Positions 6,913 to 13,143 of a stretch of 13,143 nucleotides of DNA are shown in pieces. The translations under genes were made by a program, and so were the position numbers. The stretch is from a virus (Duplodnaviria; Heunggongvirae; Uroviricota; Caudoviricetes), in the IMG/VR virus record IMGVR_UViG_2917413769_000007, positions 1 through 13,143 of that record; one strand, written 5' to 3'. Below the pieces are notes generated by a model. It had not been told where the DNA came from. It saw only the letters and a list, made by a program, of their open reading frames with translations, and did not search any database. Numbering within the stretch: the first letter of the stretch is position 1; each line of letters opens with the position of its first letter.

Positions 6913-7111
6913 TTCACACAGTTACGATTTTACCGTTGTGACTGAGTCTCCAGACGGAGAGGCCAAACCCACAATGTGACACCAGGGAAAGACCGAAGGA
7001 AGTACAACGCCTGACCAGCGTAAACCGAGCATGACCAGCTCTGGCACCGGGGAAGACCGGAAGAGGAAAGACCTGATGGCCTCACCAGCCTGACTGCCGG
7101 GAAAGACCGGC

Positions 7112-7148
7112 ACCCTTTAGATGGCAAAAGGCCCGCACAAGGCGGGCC
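7112..7148 (+). promoter_or_regulatory. nut-like element: boxA-like CCCTTTAG plus boxB-like hairpin
   Basis: CCCTTTA (7113..7119) resembles boxA CGCTCTTTA; 11 nt later a perfect 7-bp GC stem GGCCCGC/GCGGGCC with 5-nt loop ACAAG (7130..7148), not followed by a U tract. Confidence 0.25.
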
Positions 7149-7276
7149 AGTTACCCCGGGCGGCGACCAAACCACCCGGATTGTTCCGCAGGGGACCAAC
7201 CCTGCGGAGAGGAAAGACCAATGCAGGACAGAGCCAACACTGATCGGCTCTGAGTATATATCACTAAGGAGCCGCT

Positions 7277-7600
7277 ATGGAAGCGCTAACCATCCCCGTA
7301 AAGCTGTACATCCATTACAACGCCAACACTTTCTCTCAGGAAAAAATCATTGTCGCCACCTGTGACATGTCACGTAGTTTTCCAGATCAATATGTCTTGC
7401 TGGAAACGCGCAATATATCCATCGATGTAAACCAACCAGAGCCATTCGACATTATTGCTCTGCAGGTCGACCAGTTGCGTGACCAGAAAGAGAAAATCGC
7501 AACTTTGGCGCAAAGTCAGATAGCCCAGGTTGACGACAAAATACAGCAACTGCTCTGTATTGATCACTCACCTGTTCAGGAAAGCGACATCCCATTTTGA
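7277..7600 (+). CDS. Hypothetical protein (107 aa) immediately upstream of the annealing-protein gene
   Basis: Strong SD TAAGGAG 6 nt upstream of ATG; coding-like acidic protein; no family recognised. Confidence 0.65.
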   Translation: MEALTIPVKLYIHYNANTFSQEKIIVATCDMSRSFPDQYVLLETRNISIDVNQPEPFDIIALQVDQLRDQKEKIATLAQSQIAQVDDKIQQLLCIDHSPVQESDIPF

Positions 7601-7695
7601 TCAACCGGCGCCAGACCAGCGCCAGTAACCAAAGAGGAAAGACCAAGTGACAATTTATAACTGTCTGTTCGAGCCGAAGAAATCTGCTATCAAGG

Positions 7696-9918
7696 ATGGT
7701 GCTGTTGCATTGGCAATCAGCATCGAAGCGCCAAATAAAAAAAGTCGCTGAAAGTATCATCATCGGCAAACTCTGGGAGCATTATCCTGCAAATGGCGAC
7801 AACTATTTTAAACCTAAAATCTGGGAAGATTCAGAGGGCCAGCCTCGTCCGGAAGTCGGAAAATTTGATGAGCAATTTGCTCAGGCGAACACATTAGACG
7901 GGGAAAAGTGGATCGCCAACGATTCAGACACCAGTACTTTAAATTTGCCAGCCAACGACGAGATAATCGATCTGACGAAGCTGCCAGCTCGTGAACGCTT
8001 CATTGCCATTCTTATGTTCAGTGATTCCCCCATTGACGGTGTACTGTACTCTCAGGTGCTGGATTATCTTGATAATCTGGAAAATAGCCACGAGCCGTTT
8101 GATGATGACGATCGGCTGAATTCTAATATTCTTCATGCCCTGGAAAATAACGAACCCGTTCGTCACATGCATGTTGAGGGGGTAAACAATCTGATTCAGG
8201 CCATCTTCGCTAAATTTGAAGGCCAGGCACCGGGTAAGGCAGCAATTTCACAGTTCATTAAACGCTGGATGGAAAATCCTCGTAAGCGTGAAGAAATGCG
8301 GCCGGAAAATACCGCATTGAATAATGATGGTGTCAACAATGACAGTAACAAAGTAGCACCACAGCGCGGATATAAGCATTCTTATGCCACACTGGATCAG
8401 GAAATTGCCCTCGCCCTTCTCCCGATTAATTTCACAGAAACAGTATCAGTTCGTGCGCTACGATCTGCTGAACACATCATTGAAGAAGACCGAGAAGATT
8501 TCAAACGCTGGTCAGCGGCACTACGTACGACAGAGCAGATCCTGAAGTATGACCGCCCCAGTGTTTTTGGCGTTATTCAGAATGCACCTGCTAAAGATAC
8601 ATACCATTTCCCTGAGTCACTGCGGCACCATATTGATTCCTGGCTGGCTGAAAATGGTCAGTTCGAGTGTGCTGGTACTGATGCGGAGAGAACCAGCAAA
8701 CTGCTTGCGGCAGAGCGCGGCGAGTACGTCGAAGGTATCAGCGACCCTAACGATCCTAAATGGGTTAAAACAGATTCCCAACCTCAGGTATCAAACCTCG
8801 GCAATGGAATGTTCTCTGTTGATAATCTTCTGCCTGAAACCGCCTCAAAGGAAGGTGAAAAACAGGAAGTGACCGAACAAGGAACTGTTACAGAAGACCA
8901 GGCAACACAGGCCCGAGAAAAGTTGAACAGCATGGGTTACGGCGTTTATGCAACGAACCATGACGAAACTGACCAGCAGGAAGAAAAGCTGAGCGATAAA
9001 GTAAAAACTCTCGTTCAGGATGCGGATCAACTTGTCGAGCGCGTTAAACGTGAAGAGCAGCTCCCGCAGGCATCTGAACTGGTTCAGAGCATCAACGAAA
9101 TGCAGTCTACTGAACGCGATAACCTGGAATTGTGGAAAGAGGTGTTCAAAACAGATGAGCGTTTTACTACTGCGTTCTCTGTGAATGGCGGCGGAACCTC
9201 AATCAATGGCACCTACATGACCATGATCGCTACCCGCGAATTTGGTCCGAAAGGTATCGGCTGGGGTGTGGATATTCTTGAAGAACGCTTTGACGATGGC
9301 GCGCCAATTACTCGCGCAGTCAAAGGGACTGACGGTAACAATACATGGGAGTTTATTCCCGACGGTGTAGGCGGCATCCTGACAGAGAAACACCACGTTA
9401 TCAAAATCAGACTTTGGTACATCCGGAATGGTGCGCGCGGTGAAGAGATTTCATTCGGGTGTACCCCGTATATTTACGGCAGCAAATACGGCCCTATTTG
9501 CGATGGTGAAGCGACAAAAAAATCACTGACTGACGCAACCAAAAAAGCGCTGTCTGCACTTGGTTTCTGCGCTGATATTTTCATGGGCCTGTACGATAAC
9601 CCGGAGTATCGCCAGAAAAATAAAGCAGAATTCGCGCTCAAAAACGCCAGCGAAAACGCCGAGGATGCCGCCCGCGTACGTCAGGAACTGGACGACAAAC
9701 TGACCCGAGTCGCTAACACCATTGCATCTGCTGTATCAGAGCACGAGATCAACAAGGTCTATTCTTCGATTGCTCGCGAAGCGGAGGTGCATCGCAAGGA
9801 TGCAGAGGCGAAAGGTGACACACAGCATGCCCGTTACTTAGGTGGGCGTCTGCGTCGCCTGACAACTATCAAAGATGGACGTATCGCCGAACTGAAAAAA
9901 GTACAGGAGAAAGCATAA
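7696..9918 (+). CDS. Large protein with C-terminal Erf/Rad52-like single-strand annealing domain and ~470-aa unknown N-terminal region
   Basis: 740-codon ORF; residues ~480-640 (EATKKSLTDATKKALSALGFCADIFMGLYD) match the Erf (GATSSYARKYCLNGLFGIDD) and Rad52 helix motifs from memory; tracked ATG 7696 has no usable SD; see frameshift finding. Confidence 0.8.
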   Translation: MVLLHWQSASKRQIKKVAESIIIGKLWEHYPANGDNYFKPKIWEDSEGQPRPEVGKFDEQFAQANTLDGEKWIANDSDTSTLNLPANDEIIDLTKLPARERFIAILMFSDSPIDGVLYSQVLDYLDNLENSHEPFDDDDRLNSNILHALENNEPVRHMHVEGVNNLIQAIFAKFEGQAPGKAAISQFIKRWMENPRKREEMRPENTALNNDGVNNDSNKVAPQRGYKHSYATLDQEIALALLPINFTETVSVRALRSAEHIIEEDREDFKRWSAALRTTEQILKYDRPSVFGVIQNAPAKDTYHFPESLRHHIDSWLAENGQFECAGTDAERTSKLLAAERGEYVEGISDPNDPKWVKTDSQPQVSNLGNGMFSVDNLLPETASKEGEKQEVTEQGTVTEDQATQAREKLNSMGYGVYATNHDETDQQEEKLSDKVKTLVQDADQLVERVKREEQLPQASELVQSINEMQSTERDNLELWKEVFKTDERFTTAFSVNGGGTSINGTYMTMIATREFGPKGIGWGVDILEERFDDGAPITRAVKGTDGNNTWEFIPDGVGGILTEKHHVIKIRLWYIRNGARGEEISFGCTPYIYGSKYGPICDGEATKKSLTDATKKALSALGFCADIFMGLYDNPEYRQKNKAEFALKNASENAEDAARVRQELDDKLTRVANTIASAVSEHEINKVYSSIAREAEVHRKDAEAKGDTQHARYLGGRLRRLTTIKDGRIAELKKVQEKA

Positions 9919-10472
9919 TGACTACTGCAATCGCGTTAGCTGCCGACTATACCAACCTGCTGCAATTGCTGGAAAGCTCAGATGAACTGACTCCGGAAAT
10001 GATCGCCGATACTCTGGAAGGCATTGAAGGAGAACTGGCGGATAAGCTGGATGCCATCATGGTATTAGCCCGCAATAATCTCGGACATGCCAAAACCTGT
10101 GATGAGGAAATGAAGCGCCTGGCGGAGCGCAAAAAGTCTTTCGAAAATAAAGATAAAACGCTCAGGAAATATATTCTGTCGTGCCTTATGGCCGCGAATC
10201 TGGATAAGCTCAAGACACCTAAAAACACTTTCACTGCCCGTAAAGGCAGCATCAGCGTTGTGATCGATAACGAAAAGCTATTGCCTGATGATCTGGTAAC
10301 TGTTCAGACGATTATCGCCCCGGACAAAAAAGCCATCAAAGAGGCAATCGAGGCTGCGGAAGCTGCCGCAGCGCAAATCACCGCTGATGGCGGTGAAGTA
10401 CCTGCCGAACTGTTAAACCCGGTACCGGGCGCCCATCTTGAGATCGGCGAACGTTCATTGCAGGTGCGCTGA
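9918..10472 (+). CDS. Siphovirus Gp157-like protein (companion of Erf/Sak-type recombinases)
   Basis: 184 aa; start ATG overlaps the upstream stop (TAATG); KTPKNTFTARKGSISVVIDNEKLLPDDL matches my recollection of Gp157 proteins; a Mu-Gam-like assignment is not excluded. Confidence 0.6.
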   Translation: MTTAIALAADYTNLLQLLESSDELTPEMIADTLEGIEGELADKLDAIMVLARNNLGHAKTCDEEMKRLAERKKSFENKDKTLRKYILSCLMAANLDKLKTPKNTFTARKGSISVVIDNEKLLPDDLVTVQTIIAPDKKAIKEAIEAAEAAAAQITADGGEVPAELLNPVPGAHLEIGERSLQVR

Positions 10473-10473
10473 T

Positions 10474-10656
10474 ATGCTGAAACTATCTCTCAAACGTGGC
10501 GATGCGGTACATGTTGTTCTCCCTGACGGTAGTAACGGAATTATTGAAGCCCGCAGCCGTTGTGAACTGGGTATGCGTCTGCCGAAAAACGTGAAGGTTA
10601 CGCGTGAGAAAGGCGCATTCCTCCCTGCAAACCTGATTAAGCGTAATCAGAAATAA
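10474..10656 (+). CDS. Hypothetical small protein (60 aa)
   Basis: ATG at 10474, 2 nt after the upstream stop; product MLKLSLKRGDAVHVVLPDGSNGIIEARSRCELGMRLPKNVKVTREKGAFLPANLIKRNQK; 3' end is encoded by repeat copy 2. Confidence 0.45.
   Translation: MLKLSLKRGDAVHVVLPDGSNGIIEARSRCELGMRLPKNVKVTREKGAFLPANLIKRNQK
10629..10651. repeat. 23-bp element AAACCTGATTAAGCGTAATCAGA, copy 2
   Basis: Identical to 5276..5298, same orientation on the plus strand; overlaps the stop region of 10474..10656. Confidence 0.5.
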
Positions 10657-10705
10657 AACCCCGCTACCGCTAGCATTGCGGCCTCACTATTCACAGGAGG
10701 TCGCA

Positions 10706-10903
10706 ATGCTGCGATGGCAACCCGGAGCTACTCTGCTCACAGATTTCGATATAAAGATTGGCCGGTTATCGGCAAGCGTACGAAAGAAGACACTGACCCA
10801 GTCCGACATCGAACGCGCCTGCAGTGATGCTGACGACGCTGTGTACCGGATGATGAGGAAAGACCAACATGACCAGAGAAAACGATCTGCTAACAGACGC
10901 TGA
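10706..10903 (+). CDS. Hypothetical small protein (65 aa)
   Basis: Internal ATG at 10706 preceded by AGGAGG with 5-nt spacing; product MLRWQPGATLLTDFDIKIGRLSASVRKKTLTQSDIERACSD...; 3' end overlaps the xis-like start by 35 nt. Confidence 0.5.
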   Translation: MLRWQPGATLLTDFDIKIGRLSASVRKKTLTQSDIERACSDADDAVYRMMRKDQHDQRKRSANRR

Positions 10904-11093
10904 ACTGATTGAGTTTACCGGCTATCAGAAACCATCCAAACAACGGGAAATACTGGACCGTGGCGGCGTGTCGTACATTCCCGACCGGGAAGGACGCCCG
11001 ATGGTTACCTGGACACATATCAACGCTGTACTGAACGGACAGATCACCGTGCAGACCAGTACAGAAGAGAAACCCGATTTTGGAGCTATTTAA
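10869..11093 (+). CDS. Excisionase-like protein (DUF4224-type)
   Basis: 74 aa directly upstream of and abutting the integrase gene; LLTDAELIEFTGYQKPSKQREILDRGGVSYIPDREGRPMV fits the int-adjacent small-protein pattern from memory; preceded by GAGGAAAGACCAAC. Confidence 0.65.
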   Translation: MTRENDLLTDAELIEFTGYQKPSKQREILDRGGVSYIPDREGRPMVTWTHINAVLNGQITVQTSTEEKPDFGAI

Positions 11094-12113
11094 ATGGGGC
11101 GCAGAAGAAAGGATCCGGGTGATAACAGGTTACCCCCGCGCGTATCAAAAACCAGAACTCGTTACTACTACAAACCCACCTCGCGGGAGACCGTGACGCT
11201 TGGACCAATCACCTTCACTATGTCGGCGTTATGGAAACGGTACGAAGAAGAGCGACGCAATTATTCAGATGTGATGACGTTCGAAAAGCTCTGGAAGATG
11301 TTTCTTAAAAGCGCCTACTACACCGAGCTTGCAATACGAACCCAGCGGGATTACCTGCAACATCAGAAAAAACTACTTGTCGTATTCGGTAAAGTTAAAG
11401 CTGATTTAATCAAACCGGAAGACGTTCGTCAGTTTATGGATCGTCGTGGCCTACAAAGTAAAAATCAGGCTAACCAGGAAATGAGCAGTATGTCGCGTGT
11501 TTACCGCTGGGGATACGAACGCGGTTACGTTAAGGGAAACCCGTGCGCCGGCGTCAGTAAATTCTCTCTCAAGGCCCGCGAGCAATACATCACTGACGAA
11601 GACTACCTGGCGATTTATAAACATGCAGATCACGTCGTCAGGGCAGCAATGGAAATATCGTACCTGTGCGCAGCCCGGCAAGCTGATGTACTCGCTCTGC
11701 GCTGGATGCAGATATCTGACAAGGGGATTTTTATCCAGCAGGGTAAGACAGGGAAAAAGCAAATTAAGGTGTGGACGCCCCGCCTTCGGCAGGCGCTGGA
11801 AACGGCACAGACAGAATGCCCGAGGCTCTCACCTGATTCACTGGTTATCTATAACAACGATCGTGCTCAGTTCATCCGCAAGACGTTCAATAATCGCTGG
11901 CTAAAGGCCGTACGTGCCGCACAAAGCGAACTGGGCCGGCAACTGGATTACACGTTTCACGATATAAAGGCAAAAGCCATTTCAGATTTTGAGGGGAGTA
12001 GCAGGGATAAGCAGATATTTAGCGGTCACAAAACAGAAAGTCAGGTGCTTATCTACGACAGAAAGGTGCAAATCAGTCCGACGCTGGATCGTCCTTTGAT
12101 AAATGGCCAGTAG
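11094..12113 (+). CDS. int: Tyrosine recombinase / phage integrase
   Basis: 339 aa; alignable by eye to lambda Int catalytic region: AARQADVLALRW (Arg-I), QQGKTGKK (Lys), TFHDIKAKAISDF (His box), FSGHKTESQVLIYDRK (His-II and Tyr). Confidence 0.9.
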   Translation: MGRRRKDPGDNRLPPRVSKTRTRYYYKPTSRETVTLGPITFTMSALWKRYEEERRNYSDVMTFEKLWKMFLKSAYYTELAIRTQRDYLQHQKKLLVVFGKVKADLIKPEDVRQFMDRRGLQSKNQANQEMSSMSRVYRWGYERGYVKGNPCAGVSKFSLKAREQYITDEDYLAIYKHADHVVRAAMEISYLCAARQADVLALRWMQISDKGIFIQQGKTGKKQIKVWTPRLRQALETAQTECPRLSPDSLVIYNNDRAQFIRKTFNNRWLKAVRAAQSELGRQLDYTFHDIKAKAISDFEGSSRDKQIFSGHKTESQVLIYDRKVQISPTLDRPLINGQ

Positions 12114-12114
12114 T

Positions 12115-12144
12115 TTGACAAATCCGCATCAACGGGGCTATATT
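12115..12144 (+). promoter_or_regulatory. Candidate sigma70 promoter immediately after int, reading toward antA
   Basis: TTGACA (12115..12120), 18-nt spacer, TATATT (12139..12144). Confidence 0.5.
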
Positions 12145-12174
12145 CCGCTTCATGGTGCTGAACACACCTTGCAA

Positions 12175-12212
12175 AGCGGAAACCGCACCTGTCAGTCATG
12201 CGGATTTTTTAT
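12175..12212 (+). terminator. Candidate attenuator/terminator in the antA leader
   Basis: GCGG-AAA-CCGC hairpin (12175..12185) shares its CCGC with an alternative CCGCA-N11-TGCGG stem (12182..12202) followed by ATTTTTTAT; stems are short. Confidence 0.3.
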
Positions 12213-12357
12213 GTCCATTTTTCAGATATGGTCGGGTAGCGCGTATACCGAAAAACAGCCGAAAGGTTAAGGATACGGGCCGACTTTGCACGGTGTTCAA
12301 GTACCTGACCGCCCTGCTGAACACAGGGCTATCTGAACAAATGCAAAGGACATAAAA

Positions 12358-13143
12358 ATGACCAATCAACTCATCCCCGTTTTCAACGGCACGATATCCA
12401 ACGACCCCCACCTGCTCTGCAATGCCCGCGATCTGCACGCCTTCCTCGAAGTAGGCAAGCGCTTCGCTACTTGGATTACTGACCGACTAAACGAGTATCA
12501 ATTCGTTGAAAATCAGGACTACATAGCTATTTCCCAAAAACGGGAAATAGGTCATGGGCGTGGCCGCAAGGACTTCTACATCACCCTGGACACCGCCAAG
12601 GAACTGGCGATGGTTGAGCGCAACGAAAAAGGCCGCCAGATCCGCCGATACTTCATTGAGTGCGAGAAGCAACTCAGTCAGAACAAAGAATCAATTGTCC
12701 TGACCACTCCGATGCATCGAACGCCACTACGTGACGCCGTTCACCTTCTTGTCGGTATGCGCTGCATGGCATTTCAGGAAGCCTATCAGCTTATCCACCA
12801 GCGCTTTGGCGTCGGTAGTATTGAACAACTCACCCGCGCACAAGTGATGGATGCCATAGAGTACATTCATTGTCTGTTAGCAGACGGGGCAACAGGGAAA
12901 CTCCCCTCCGGCGAAAGCAGAATATTAATCACCCTTCGAAATGGAGAAATAATCAAGACAAGGGCCATTGGAGCTGATGAGCATGTCGCAACGCTGGAGG
13001 CTTTTATCGAACTGGCGAGAAGTGCGCATTACATTGTCATCCACAAGGATGGTGCAGCGCCATTGATGAAGGCATTAACAGGAGGGAGATCTGAGGAAGG
13101 CAAAAGACACAAACTGAATAATTATTCAGTTTGCGATTTCTGA
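12358..13143 (+). CDS. antA: Phage antirepressor, AntA-type N-terminal domain with C-terminal extension
   Basis: 261 aa; ARDLHAFLEVGKRFATWITDRLNEYQFVENQDYIAI and DFYITLDTAKELAMVERNEKGRQIRRYFIECEKQL match the AntA domain from memory; SD AAGGA 9 nt upstream; stop at the last three bases of the window. Confidence 0.8.
   Translation: MTNQLIPVFNGTISNDPHLLCNARDLHAFLEVGKRFATWITDRLNEYQFVENQDYIAISQKREIGHGRGRKDFYITLDTAKELAMVERNEKGRQIRRYFIECEKQLSQNKESIVLTTPMHRTPLRDAVHLLVGMRCMAFQEAYQLIHQRFGVGSIEQLTRAQVMDAIEYIHCLLADGATGKLPSGESRILITLRNGEIIKTRAIGADEHVATLEAFIELARSAHYIVIHKDGAAPLMKALTGGRSEEGKRHKLNNYSVCDF

Larger units (their letters stand above)
6843..7222 (+). repeat. Cluster of five RBS-like modules (G)GGAAAGACC in an ORF-poor segment
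   Basis: Motif cores at 6844..6852, 6986..6994, 7065..7073, 7100..7108, 7211..7219, plus variant GGGGAAGACC at 7049..7058. Three are followed 2-3 nt later by ATG opening ORFs of only 29, 5 and 10 codons. Confidence 0.5.

Noticed and set aside
6735-6941. 68-aa plus-strand ORF and a 29-codon ORF from ATG 6856 that reads through the terminator hairpin
   Set aside because: Cys-rich, non-protein-like composition; the coding frame runs through the hairpin and T7 tract; a type I toxin-like peptide cannot be supported from sequence alone.
6922-7199. Minus-strand ORFs of 63 and 89 aa across the motif-cluster segment
   Set aside because: Pro/Gly/Ser/Cys-rich translations of GC-rich repeats with no RBS; they look like by-products of the repeated motifs rather than genes.
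12152-12355. 67-aa ORF filling the int-antA leader
   Set aside because: Starts at the predicted transcription start with no SD and reads through the hairpin/U-tract; composition not convincing. The region is treated as a regulatory leader.
130-12357. Attachment-site core shared by the left junction (130..560) and the post-int region (12114..12357)
   Set aside because: By eye I found only short shared words (CTGAAC, TTCAGAT), no direct repeat of 12 bp or more. Element boundaries therefore cannot be placed; a computed repeat search may still find one.
1-13143. tRNA, rRNA, CRISPR array, IS element or retron anywhere in the window
   Set aside because: No cloverleaf-compatible sequence, no regularly spaced repeat-spacer array, no transposase-like ORF with terminal inverted repeats and no reverse-transcriptase-like ORF was seen.

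Overview
This window reads as a lambdoid (Rac/Qin-like) enterobacterial prophage remnant of about 12 kb, read entirely by eye with no database search. At its centre is a divergent immunity switch: a DicA-like HTH repressor (5599..6009, +) facing a DicC/YdaS-like Cro (5317..5517, -). Leftward on the minus strand run a YdaT-like gene, a small ORF, an O-like replication initiator that is split by a frameshift and carries candidate ori iterons, a DnaB-family helicase, one unknown ORF and a tail-fiber-assembly (Tfa) remnant. The Tfa remnant abuts an AT-rich junction and a probable host membrane-protein gene, so the whole late region (Q, lysis, head, tail) appears deleted. Rightward on the plus strand run two small unknown ORFs (convergent), an ORF-poor 0.7 kb segment, an unknown 107-aa ORF, a 740-aa protein whose C-terminal third looks like an Erf/Rad52-type annealing protein, a Gp157-like protein, two small ORFs, an excisionase-like gene, a tyrosine integrase and an AntA-type antirepressor. 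The most unusual signals are: (1) a translation-initiation module GAGGAAAGACC(AA)+start present about 10 times, five of them packed into the ORF-poor segment 6843..7222; (2) the giant Erf-like fusion protein, whose strong-RBS start is out of frame by one base at an A7 run; (3) the split O-like gene with a possible nuclease-fold insert; (4) a 23-bp perfect palindromic repeat at two distant loci; (5) a promoter/hairpin leader between int and antA. No tRNA, rRNA, CRISPR array or IS element was recognised.
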